From the NCBI GenBank assembly GCA_947501605.1, contig CANMWZ010000001.1, positions 160,001 to 224,000 on the forward strand: 64,000 nt of DNA, given 5' to 3'. Of the stretch, positions 17,219-27,600 are shown piece by piece (position 1 is the stretch's first letter; the number at the start of each line of letters is the position of its first letter). The translations under genes were made by a program, and so were the position numbers. Under the pieces are notes generated by a model. It ran no database searches and had not been told where the DNA came from. It saw only the letters and a list, made by a program, of their open reading frames with translations. This stretch comes from Planctomycetota bacterium. Its GTDB lineage: Bacteria; Planctomycetota; UBA1135; UBA2386.

Positions 17219-20200
17219 ACGCATGCGATAGACGACGCTCATGCTTCGCAGCGACGGCGAAACCGCAGGGGTCACGTCCAAGTTGTTGCTCATGACCAAC
17301 CGGAAGTTGATGTACCGCGGCAGCAGGCCAGTCAGCGGGTTGCGGATCGTAGAGAGCCGATCCTCCGTGACGTAGGGCGTGAGACCCGTGGCCAGTACGC
17401 GCGGGGTCGTGAAGGCAGCACCCGAGTTGGCCGTCGAGTAGCGGTACGCCTCACAGGCGTAGTTCGGGTTGAGCAGGTTGCCTCGTCCAGCGACCGTGTT
17501 GTCAACGCCCGGATTGTAGAGCGTGCCCGAGTTTGCGAAGTCATCCGCACCACGAATCTCGAGCACAGTCGACGTCCCAGCGGGCTGCTGAGCAAGCGGC
17601 GGGTCGAGCAGCGAGGCGAAGTCCACAATTCGCAAGTTGCCGAGTTGGTTGCTGCCGCCGAACGTAGCGTCTGGGTAGCCGTTCGGCACCACAGCGCCGA
17701 CGCGCTGGTTGGGCCGCATGGTGTCGTAGAAGCCGAACGTCACGGTCGAGACACGACGCACGAAGTCGGCAGCAGCCCAGTGCAGCATGCCGTCGCCAGC
17801 GGGGGCGCGGATGATGCCATTGGGACCGTTGCCATTCAGACCGTTCTGAACCAGGATGATCGCGCCCGAGTCCTTGATCCAACCACCCGTAGCGTTCGTA
17901 TCCGTAGCTGGATCGACGAGGATGTCGGCTCCGGTCGTCGGATCGAGACCGCCAGTTGTGTGCACGCGCAGCGAAGGCCACGGGGCTGGCTGCGGGCAGC
18001 CGGAGCCGGTCGCATTGTAGTAGCCGCCCGGAGCATTGGCCCCCAAAGGTGGGTTCGGGAAGCTGCTTGGCGGCCCCATCATTGCGACTTGGAAGCCGTT
18101 GATGCCAGCCGCGATGGTGTTGGCCGCGCCATCTGGGAACATCTTGAAGTCGACCAACATGGGCATGGCGATCGGGTCCAGATCGCGTTTGCGATCGCCG
18201 CGGAAGTCGCCTTCGTCGAGAGCAAAGATACCGCTCGTAGGAACGGGGTTTGGGAACACGCTCGGGACCCACGGCGAGTCGACGTCCGAGGTCCAGTCGT
18301 TGGATACACCAACCAGTGGCTGGGGATCGCGGGCGCCGCCAAGACCAATCACGTTGCCGTCTTGAATGGTCACGAGGCGCGGGTCGCGCCAAGTGTAGGA
18401 ACGGTCAAAACGAGGGTAGGCGATGTACTTGATCTGGCCAGGCGAGCGGAACTGGTCGTTGGGGTCGATGCGATAGACCTTGTCCTCGAACACCGAACGC
18501 ATGGAGGAGCCACGCAGGATGTTGTCCGCATAGTTGGTCGTGAGACCACTGAGGACCGAGGGGCAGTTGAGGAAACACTGCGGCGCGGGCGGAACGCCGA
18601 CCTGACGCAGCGACCACTTGAGATCGGGGCGCTTGTCGGCATGACCGAGCGACATCGAGTATCGATCGAACACGTCGAAACGCACATCGAAGTCAGCAAA
18701 TGGCGACCAGTAGAGTTGCTCGACGTCGAGCACCATGTCGCTAGCCTGACGGTTGCTCAGCCCGAAATCGTCTTCGAGGTACCGCATCTGCATGCGCGAC
18801 CCACGAGGCTGGTGTGGCTCAATGACCTGCCCGACCGGCTGGGCAAAGGCTCCACCCTCAAACGGATTCGGCACGTTTGGTGGTTGCACGGTGTCCAGCA
18901 TGCGCGGCGACCAGTAGAGCACGCCGCCGTTGTTCGGGGCGAAGTTCGTAACGGTTGCTGGGCACTCACCGCGATTCGAACGGTTGATGCCGGCGAGGTT
19001 GCCAGAATCGGCCGTGCGGTTGAACCTCACGGCCTCGGCAGCGACTAGGCGGCCGTTCAGCAAACGATACTGACCGAACAGGTCGATGGAGCCGGAGGCC
19101 GTGCCATCCTCGTCGGCACTCTCGAACGGGTAGACGCGCCAGAGGACTAGGTTGTCCTGGCGGTCCGGATCGACGGTCATCTGGGCCGACCAGTTATTGA
19201 CAACGTTGCTCGGATCGTCATTGAAGATCTGGACTGAGTTGCCAGACAGATCCGTCAGTCCCTCGCTGCCGAGCAGCAGGTGGAACCAGTAGATGTCATT
19301 GGTCGAGGCGTTTCGGTGAAACAACCCCATCGGCGGCTTCAACTGAAGCACCGTTCCGTCGCCAGCCTGATCCGACCAACGAACTGGAACAATGCTCGAC
19401 GCAACCACTTTTGGGTCCGTCAGCTGTTGGAAAAACGAGGCACCCGGCATGGTCGCCGAGGTCAGCACAAAGTTGCGGGTCGCGTCGATGCGATCGAAGT
19501 CCATCGGCTCCGAGAACTCGAGCGCCACGGACGCATTGGGATCGACGCGCTGCCCCGGCGGCACCGGAATGCCATTGATGGTGGTCGGTGGGGCCGGGTC
19601 AATCTTCAAGAACTGGTAGCGCTGTGCCGCGTCGCTCACAACATCGGCACCGGCGCTGAATCGAAGGTTCTCGTAATAGACGCGGCGAACTGCGCAGTCG
19701 GAGCCGAGCGGATCGAGCGCGTTCGCTTGGAAGGAAACCGGGCGACCAAGGGAGTCGGTGCCGCGGATGGCATCGACACGCACGCGCATGGTCGGGGCCT
19801 GTGCACCCTGCGAGCCATCGACCGCGAGGCCAAGGCCAGGAAACGCTGGGTCGCCCCTCACTGTACCGACATCGAGGTTCTGAATGATCTCGGCCCGGAT
19901 ACGGACTGTCTCCGTGGTGAGATCTGGCAACTGAACCGTCACGGTTTGCAGCAGCACGTCGCCCGCTCGCAGCGGCCGAGTCGTGGGCACACTGGACGGA
20001 CCCAAGACGAAACCTGTGTTACGGTCGATCGATCCACCGACAAACGGATAGCGCGCACGGATGGGCACTAGATTGCCGCGCTTGTTCAGGGTGATGGTGC
20101 CGTCAACCGCGATATCGGTGATTCCCATCGCAACCGTGCCGAGCAGTGCCGGCGGCTCAACGTCGCGCAGTACCCCCGCCGCGCCATCCAGCTGGTTACC

Positions 20201-21082
20201 GGAGCGGAAGTCACGGATGACCGAATCGCGACCGAAGCTATCGACATCATTCAGTTCCTCGACCGCGTCCTGCCGGACATAGAAAGCTGAAGACACGCTG
20301 CCGCGACTTGGCAGCGCAATGCGAATGTTGGCCGTACGGCTGTCGAGGCTCGTCGGCAAGCCGGACGCCAAGAAGCCGCCCCGCGCTTCGCCACCCAGGA
20401 TCGTCGGGTCAAGGATGATCGTGTTGCCGCGCGTGATGAGCCGGTACGGAACCGAACGGAAGGCCTCAGCAGGAGATACCAACTGTGGGTCACCGGCAAA
20501 CTCGAGCAGTTGTACCGACGACGGGTTGACGTCGAAGAAGCTCGATGCGAGGCCGAGGCTGGAGGAGAAGCGCAGGACGAATGCAGCATCGCGCGGCACC
20601 ACCGGGATCGGCTGCTGTGCCGTGTTCTGGTTGCGGAAGGATGGCGGTAGGACCGACAGCCCTGCCTGTGCGGCGATCAACGCCGTATCAAAACGCTCCG
20701 CCTCGGCCCCACGGTTGTCCCAGAGGATGAGGAGCTCCTCGTGCCCTGTCGTGACGTCGAAGCTCAAGAACTGATAGTTCGCCGACACCACGACCTCGCC
20801 CGCTGGATCGTAGAGCGACTGGCTCTCGATGTTGGAGCGTACGACCACATTGGTCTGCACCAAAACGCGTCGCCGATTCAACTGGTCGCGACGGTCGCCC
20901 CGGGCATCGTCGATGCGCTGGTATGCGTAGACGTCGACCAAGCGGCCGTAGGTGACGTCCAGCAACTCCGGTCGGCTGGAGTCGATGGCATTGCCACCAA
21001 CTGTGTTGCTCGAGCCGTCGCAGGCGACGGGCAGCAGCAGGAACAGCGGTGCAGCCAGGAGGAATGCGTGCTTCATGTTCAT
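17207..21082 (-). CDS. Large lipoprotein (1291 aa), family A, with Ig-like segments
   Basis: Lipobox LLPVAC; Ig-like VDPNASVALEFSEPMD...GLTDLSGN; collinear paralog of 24665..28585. Confidence 0.8.
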   Translation of the reverse strand: MNMKHAFLLAAPLFLLLPVACDGSSNTVGGNAIDSSRPELLDVTYGRLVDVYAYQRIDDARGDRRDQLNRRRVLVQTNVVVRSNIESQSLYDPAGEVVVSANYQFLSFDVTTGHEELLILWDNRGAEAERFDTALIAAQAGLSVLPPSFRNQNTAQQPIPVVPRDAAFVLRFSSSLGLASSFFDVNPSSVQLLEFAGDPQLVSPAEAFRSVPYRLITRGNTIILDPTILGGEARGGFLASGLPTSLDSRTANIRIALPSRGSVSSAFYVRQDAVEELNDVDSFGRDSVIRDFRSGNQLDGAAGVLRDVEPPALLGTVAMGITDIAVDGTITLNKRGNLVPIRARYPFVGGSIDRNTGFVLGPSSVPTTRPLRAGDVLLQTVTVQLPDLTTETVRIRAEIIQNLDVGTVRGDPAFPGLGLAVDGSQGAQAPTMRVRVDAIRGTDSLGRPVSFQANALDPLGSDCAVRRVYYENLRFSAGADVVSDAAQRYQFLKIDPAPPTTINGIPVPPGQRVDPNASVALEFSEPMDFDRIDATRNFVLTSATMPGASFFQQLTDPKVVASSIVPVRWSDQAGDGTVLQLKPPMGLFHRNASTNDIYWFHLLLGSEGLTDLSGNSVQIFNDDPSNVVNNWSAQMTVDPDRQDNLVLWRVYPFESADEDGTASGSIDLFGQYRLLNGRLVAAEAVRFNRTADSGNLAGINRSNRGECPATVTNFAPNNGGVLYWSPRMLDTVQPPNVPNPFEGGAFAQPVGQVIEPHQPRGSRMQMRYLEDDFGLSNRQASDMVLDVEQLYWSPFADFDVRFDVFDRYSMSLGHADKRPDLKWSLRQVGVPPAPQCFLNCPSVLSGLTTNYADNILRGSSMRSVFEDKVYRIDPNDQFRSPGQIKYIAYPRFDRSYTWRDPRLVTIQDGNVIGLGGARDPQPLVGVSNDWTSDVDSPWVPSVFPNPVPTSGIFALDEGDFRGDRKRDLDPIAMPMLVDFKMFPDGAANTIAAGINGFQVAMMGPPSSFPNPPLGANAPGGYYNATGSGCPQPAPWPSLRVHTTGGLDPTTGADILVDPATDTNATGGWIKDSGAIILVQNGLNGNGPNGIIRAPAGDGMLHWAAADFVRRVSTVTFGFYDTMRPNQRVGAVVPNGYPDATFGGSNQLGNLRIVDFASLLDPPLAQQPAGTSTVLEIRGADDFANSGTLYNPGVDNTVAGRGNLLNPNYACEAYRYSTANSGAAFTTPRVLATGLTPYVTEDRLSTIRNPLTGLLPRYINFRLVMSNNLDVTPAVSPSLRSMSVVYRMRRPD

Positions 21083-21155
21083 GACCGTGTCGAGTTTCGG
21101 GGCTCGCCGCTATCAGTGGTTTTCTGTGGCGGCGAGCGGAGTCCAGTGCACAACC

Positions 21156-24100
21156 TCAGAAGCGGAACGGCAGGCGGAGGAACTGCAGTTCCGGACGCGG
21201 GGAATTCGGGCCGAATGGCCGCGGGTTTACATCCGTTAGCTCCGCCTTGTAGGCGGAGTTGAACTGGACGTCGTACTGCACAAAGGCCGCACCGAGTTGG
21301 CGGATCTGTTGCTGGACCTGAGTGTCGGTGAGGTTGTAGGCGAAGGCATCACCTGCCGGGAACCGCACCGCCCCCACAACCGTGGGGTCCGGATTTTGGT
21401 GGAAGGCGAATCCGATTCGGACGCTCGAGAGCGGAACGATTGCACCACCGGTGCCGACATAGGTGCCGCCGAGTCCCTCTGCACCGTCGGTGCGAACCTT
21501 GAAGAACTTGGAGCGGACCTGAAGCGAGGTCGCGGTTCCGTCCAGCAACCCGTCGACGCTGCAGAGCAGCACTCGATCGGTGTGCGTGAGGATGCGGAAG
21601 CTGCTTCGAACCGAACCAGCGTTGTTGCGCAGTTCGGCCTCGTAGCCGACGTAGCGATCCAGCTCATTGCCAAGCTGGGAGGTGGTCAATTCGATGCGAT
21701 AAGCGGGTTGCCCACGGAACGTGGCCCCAGCAGTGGCCGAGAGGATTGGCACCCCGGAAGAACCAAACAGCGCCGGGTATGACACCACCGCGGACGCACC
21801 CTGCACACTGTACCGTGCATAGCCGTTCTGGAGCGGCTTGCTGACATCATCAGTGATTGCCGCAAACTCGTAGCGCGGCCCGGTCAGGTCTCCTAGCGGG
21901 TCGGTGACACCGCGCGGGAGTCCGTCTGGAGCAATCACCGAACGGCGCCTCGCGGCACCCATATCGAGCCACTTCGAACGCACGCGGGTTACCGAGTTGA
22001 AGGGCACGGGCAGAAGGAGTGGCGCAGGGCGGATGTCGCCTTCGTTCGACAGGATGTTAGTCGCGTTACCAGCGTCATCGACGGGTGTGCCGAGGGCATT
22101 GGGGAAGCCGCGCCACGCCAGCAACTGCTGCTTTTGAGTCCCGGACGTGATCACGCCAGCGCGTCGCACGACGATGTTGTCGTCCAAGACGGTGTTGGTG
22201 CCATCGCTGTTCGGGGCCGACGGATCACCGGGAGGGGCCATCAACTGAACGACGCCCATGCCACCAAAGCCGCCGAGCGGTCGAATGTCGTACTGGGACC
22301 CTTGGAGCACTGTCCCCTGGCCCGAGAGCGGATACTTCGACTGGACGTCCGGGGAAAGGAACTGACCAGTGCGGCAGATGCCGCCATCCGCCGAGATCGC
22401 GAAAGTGTATTCGTTCTCGGGCGCGGCATAACGGAAGTTGGCACCGGAGCCGCGCGCATTGAATTCAATGCGCGTGGCCGACATCAGGATGACCATGCCA
22501 CCCGATCCGGCACCACCACCTGCGCCCTGATTGCACGAACCGGCCTGTTCACCACCACCACCGTGACCGCCATCGGCCTCGATGCGCCCGCGTGGGCCAA
22601 TGATGATCGGACCAAGTGCCTTGACGATCAGGATGCCACCGCCACCACCGCCACCGCCGCCCTTGTTGTCGTTGACGAAGCTCGTGGCGTTGATCGCACA
22701 GTCCGGCGCCGGAGCTAGGTCACCGCCACCGCCGCCGCCCGCGCCACCAACAGGAGCGGCTAGTTCGCCACGGATTCGAATCTGACGCTGACGGTTGATA
22801 CCGACACCCCAGAAGTCGTTGTCGGTGCGCGCGTCGGTGAAGACGCGCGGGCCCGCCGCACCGCCAGCCAGCGAGCGGGATCCTGCACCAGCTGCACCAG
22901 TGCAACCGGCGCCACCAAGACCTTCCTGTTGCTGGAAGAGGGAGCCCTGGCCCCGCAGTTCCTTGTACCAAGGATCGCCCTGGGTAGCGAGTGAGCCGCC
23001 GCCACCACCAGAGCCGATGTTGCACGCCGAGTTGCAAGACATCAGGCCAGCACCACCGCCACCCAGCGGACGCTGGCCGGCCCCAAACCCAGCTTCGCCC
23101 GTAGGCGAGCGCTGCGTCGAACTCGGGCTGCCGCGACCACCGTTACCGCCACCGCAAACACCGACACCACCGGCCGTGGGGAAGTTGGCAGAGTTCAAGG
23201 TGTTGACGCGATCGCCATCACCGCCGCGGACAGACAGCAGGCCGTTGACTTCGAAGGAATCACGCACCAGCCAGACCATCGGCCGGGTGCCTACACCTCT
23301 GACGATTACGTTCTCTGGAATGCGAACGCTTCGGAAGTTGAACTGACCGCCCGAGACATTGAATGGCGGGCCGTTGCTCGGCGACACCTGCGTGAAGTTG
23401 GTGTCCAAGATCACGCTCGCAGTCGCCGGCTCGAACTGGAGCTCCGTCGAGCCACCTTCGAAGTTGAACCCGGCGCGAACGAACCCCGACCCGACCTCGG
23501 CCTGCGGCTCGAGGAAGGCCGCATCGAAGTCAATCTGGCTTGAGGTCGCAAAGGCCTCGACCAGGACGTCAAACTGGGGGTCGTAGGACACCTGAGTGCG
23601 GAACGTGGCGAAGATGCGCTGGAAGGCAGCGTTGGCAACGTTGGACTCACCCGAGATGTCTTCCACCGTGCTCTCGACGATGACGCGGATCGTGGCGTTG
23701 TTCGGCAACACACCGACGGGCCGCAGCACGAGGGTCGACCCACTAAGACCGTTGACCTCGAGGTCCACGTCAGCCGGGACCCATGTGCTCACCGGGTTTC
23801 CGGAGCCGAAGTCGTCATACTCAAGGAACACGCGACCGCGATTGACACTCGCGCGGATGCGCGGGTCGGTATCGAGCGAGGTCGGAACATTGCCACTGTT
23901 GGGGTTGAGCGCCTGGTCGAAGCTCACCCGAATCTCGACTGGCGGGGCGCCGAACTTGTTGAGGGACACCAACCCGCCCTCCGGCGCTGGTGTTACCTGG
24001 AAGCCCGTCCTCCGCGGACCGCCAGCCTGAACGTTTCGGAACAACTGCGTCGGCGTAGTACCGTCGGCCGTCGAGAAGCGGAACGTCTGAGGATTGCTGA

Positions 24101-24563
24101 GGCCTTTGCCCGTGGTCGACAACAGCACAGAATCGTTGCGGCGGTCGCCACCGATCAGACGCACGAGGTAGGTACGACCAGGGCGGAAGCCGCCGTCGTC
24201 ATAGTTGTCGTTGGTCGGCAAGGTCGGCACGAACAGGAGTCGGCGTCCGATGTCATTGTCACCCGGACGCTTGCTCAGTTCGAAGCGGCCAGTCGGCTGC
24301 TCCGCAACTGGGTTGCCGTTCAAGTCCAACACCGAGAAACTGACGGTGTTCAGACTCGCACTGCGGAGGTCCACCGGTGTCGAAAAATCGAACCGGATCG
24401 GATCGTTGAGGAAGAGTCGACCTCCATTGAGCGGTTCCGTCGACAGCACATCAAACGTGCCGGAGAAAACGCTGCCGGTGTCGCTCGAGCCACCAGAGCA
24501 AGCCGCTGCTACCGCAGCAAAAGCGAGGAGGAACGAAGTCCGCACGTTGGCAAATGGGTTCAT
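21156..24563 (-). CDS. Large lipoprotein (1135 aa), family B, with Ig-like domains and a glycine-rich region
   Basis: Lipobox AVAAAC; LNDPIRFDFSTPVD; second Ig-like unit (VSFDQALNP...VEDISG); long GGGGG-rich segment; C-terminal FVQYDVQF...PELQFLRLPFRF. Confidence 0.8.
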   Translation of the reverse strand: MNPFANVRTSFLLAFAAVAAACSGGSSDTGSVFSGTFDVLSTEPLNGGRLFLNDPIRFDFSTPVDLRSASLNTVSFSVLDLNGNPVAEQPTGRFELSKRPGDNDIGRRLLFVPTLPTNDNYDDGGFRPGRTYLVRLIGGDRRNDSVLLSTTGKGLSNPQTFRFSTADGTTPTQLFRNVQAGGPRRTGFQVTPAPEGGLVSLNKFGAPPVEIRVSFDQALNPNSGNVPTSLDTDPRIRASVNRGRVFLEYDDFGSGNPVSTWVPADVDLEVNGLSGSTLVLRPVGVLPNNATIRVIVESTVEDISGESNVANAAFQRIFATFRTQVSYDPQFDVLVEAFATSSQIDFDAAFLEPQAEVGSGFVRAGFNFEGGSTELQFEPATASVILDTNFTQVSPSNGPPFNVSGGQFNFRSVRIPENVIVRGVGTRPMVWLVRDSFEVNGLLSVRGGDGDRVNTLNSANFPTAGGVGVCGGGNGGRGSPSSTQRSPTGEAGFGAGQRPLGGGGAGLMSCNSACNIGSGGGGGSLATQGDPWYKELRGQGSLFQQQEGLGGAGCTGAAGAGSRSLAGGAAGPRVFTDARTDNDFWGVGINRQRQIRIRGELAAPVGGAGGGGGGDLAPAPDCAINATSFVNDNKGGGGGGGGGILIVKALGPIIIGPRGRIEADGGHGGGGEQAGSCNQGAGGGAGSGGMVILMSATRIEFNARGSGANFRYAAPENEYTFAISADGGICRTGQFLSPDVQSKYPLSGQGTVLQGSQYDIRPLGGFGGMGVVQLMAPPGDPSAPNSDGTNTVLDDNIVVRRAGVITSGTQKQQLLAWRGFPNALGTPVDDAGNATNILSNEGDIRPAPLLLPVPFNSVTRVRSKWLDMGAARRRSVIAPDGLPRGVTDPLGDLTGPRYEFAAITDDVSKPLQNGYARYSVQGASAVVSYPALFGSSGVPILSATAGATFRGQPAYRIELTTSQLGNELDRYVGYEAELRNNAGSVRSSFRILTHTDRVLLCSVDGLLDGTATSLQVRSKFFKVRTDGAEGLGGTYVGTGGAIVPLSSVRIGFAFHQNPDPTVVGAVRFPAGDAFAYNLTDTQVQQQIRQLGAAFVQYDVQFNSAYKAELTDVNPRPFGPNSPRPELQFLRLPFRF

Positions 24564-24664
24564 GGCACAGGTTCTGGCCGGCGAGAGGGCACCGGCACGC
24601 TTTCAAGACAATGCAGAAGACTACTTTGAGTCGCGGGAGGAACTCGGGGTCTGATCAGCGAGCT

Positions 24665-27600
24665 CTATTGGACGCGCTGGAACCGATAGGAAAGGGCGAA
24701 GGTGTCGATCGCGGGAGCCACCGGTGGCGACGCGTCGATGTTGTTGCTCATCAGGTAGCGCCAGTTGATGTAGCGCACGTCGCTTGGAGTGAATCCCTCG
24801 TTGGGACCGTTAAACCGGCTTAGGTAGCCGGCATCCAAGAGCTGGTTCGGATCGAGCACGTAGGACGTCACCGTCCGGTTGTAGAAGTACGTCCACCAGT
24901 TCCGCGCCACGCCATTGTTTTGGCGGTCGTCAAACTTGCGGATGTGAGCGTCACAGGCCTTGAACGGGTCCAGCGCAAAGTTGGCCGCCGTCGTCTGGAG
25001 CTGAGCGGTGTAAGCCGGCGGGTAGACCGTTTGCCCCGTGCCTTGCGCCCATTCGCGCCAGTACCACGGGTTCGCATCAACCTGGCTGGCACCGCGGAAC
25101 TGCGCAATGATTGAGGTGCCGCCCGGCAACTGAGTGGTAGGCGGATCAAACTCGTACAGAAACTGCGCGCGCACACCTGCCGGCACCGCGATCGAGCCGT
25201 TCTGTGGGTTCGTGAAGTACGGGCCGAGGCGCGAATCCGCGAAGCCGTTCGGAACGCGGTGCGGGTTGTAAAGATCGATGAAGCCGTTCGTGACCACGCT
25301 GGCACGCTTCAGGAAGTCGATCATGACCCAGTAGAAGGTGTTGTCACCTGGAATGGTCGTCCCGCCCGTCCCAAGAGGCGGAGGCGGCGCATACCCACCC
25401 TGACCAGTCGGCGAAGCGGTGGGCTCGCGGCAGATCGGATTCAGGTTCGGGAAGGGCGGACGACCCGCCGTGTACATGCGGAAGTTGGGAGTGCTACTCG
25501 ACGTGAGAGCGATCGAGGTCTGCCAACCGGTGAGGCCGAACGCAACGTAGCCATTGCCCGCAGGCAACTGAGACGAATCGCATTCGACCAAGAAGTCGGC
25601 GAGCAGTGGCAACGCGATGTTGCCAACCAACCCTTCGGTTACGCGGTCCTGGGTTGTGTTGACGCGAATCAGATAGTTGTTCCCGCTGTGCCAGAATCCG
25701 TTGAGGAAGGCAATCGGGCCGGTCACACCGTTGTCCTGCACCGCGCGGCGCGCGACACCGTGATTCCACGGGGACAGGATCCACGGCAGGAAGCTGACCG
25801 CAGTGTTGTTCACGTCAGCGCCGATGCCGCAGTTGGCACCCTGCTCGACGAGAGTCTCATCGCGATAGACGAAGTAGGGTCGACGCATTGCCGGCAGCGG
25901 CAAGAAGCGGTTCCGCTGGTTTGGCTCGAGGACCGTCTGTTGCGCATCGATGCGCAGGTTTGACGGGCTGTTGACAAAGGCGCTGTGCGGCAAAGGGCGA
26001 GTCTCGACCGAGTTGACACTCGAGTTGGCCCGCAGGTTACGGACGTAATTGTCGTCGAATGTCGTCAACAGACCCGAGTCGGGGAAGGTCGGCAGCGCGC
26101 CGAAGTTGCCGACGCAGGGCTCCGGGCGGCGCTCGCTGTGACCGAGTCGCAGCGTGACCTTGTCGAACTCGTCGAACTCGATCGGAGCCCCCGTGAAAGG
26201 CGCCCAGTACATGCGCTCGATGTCGAGATTGAAGTCGAAGGGATCGGTGCGCGACAGGCTCAGGTCGATCTCGCGCCATACGGTCTGCAAACGACATCCG
26301 TAGGGGTTGAAGGGGTTCTGCAGACCCAGACCCAGCGGAGCAGTAGAAGTGTTTGCAGCAATCTGGTTCTCGCCCGCAGCCTGTTCCGGACACCAACGCA
26401 AAACCGAGGATTGCGGATCGACTGGAGCTTGATTGAGGTTGTCCGCCACCCGGCGAAGCCGCGTGGTGGGACGCCCTTCGAGGCGGCCACCTGTACGAGA
26501 GAACGCGCCGAAGACGTCTGCTAGCGGCAGAGCTCGCGCGTTCGGTGTTGCGCCGTTGCCTTGAACCTCTTCGGGAAGGTAGTAGGACGGGTTTGGATCC
26601 TCGTCCGCGTTGTTCATCGGGCGGACGACGTAAACCGGCAGATTGTCTTCGAACTGCGCACGGCCCGCGACCGAGCGTGTGTCGAGCGTGAAGGGGATGA
26701 CCAGACCGCTCGCACGGTTTGGATCGTTGGTCTGAAGATCAATCGGATTGCCAGCAAGGTCGCGAATGCCATCGACACCACTGACCAAGTGCAGGAAGTA
26801 AGGACGAGGACCGTCCTGTCGCATCGCTGCGTCTAGGTAGAAACCCTGGAGAGGTTGGAGACGCAGCGTCGTCTGCGAACCGTCCTCGTCGAGCACGCGC
26901 GATCCAATGAGATGCGGAGTGCGGAACTTCGCCAAGTTGAACGACGAGGGCGCCATACCAACTCCGCTAGGGGCACCCGTTGCATCAGCAACTCGCCACG
27001 GCCGAGTCGCAATGAACTCGTCGATCGCGACCTGATCCACGAGGTTTCGCGTCGCGAAGAAGAAAGTGTCCGCCCACTTGACCGTGGTGCGATCGACGGG
27101 CTTGGTGAAGCGGATGACGGCGCCGGCGAAAGGCGAGATGTTCTCGTTCGGCTGGCTCGGTGTGCCATCGAACTGCGCCAAGGGCGTGGGTGTGAACAGG
27201 CCGAAATAGCGCGGATCATCGCCCTGGACCAGCACGGTGCCTGTCGCAGGATCGATGCGTCCGCCCTGATACTCGGTGACCAACAGGGCACGCGGCGCGT
27301 TTGCAGCCAGCCACGCATCAATCTGAGCGGGATCCGACGGGTAGTCGGGGCGATTGCTCGGATCGATGGTCTCAAGTCCCGGAACCAACCGGACCAGCAC
27401 ATCGACGTGCTGAACGCCGGGCTGCCCCGCGTCGTCGGTCGGCTCTACAACGACCTCACTCGATCCGAACGGCGCATTGCTGTTATCCACGAGGAAACGG
27501 AAGACATCACCGCGATCAATCTCCTGAGAGATGCCGCCCTTGAAGACCCGCACTCGCATCGTGAGGCTGTTCACTTCATCGACGCGCTCCAGATACATCG

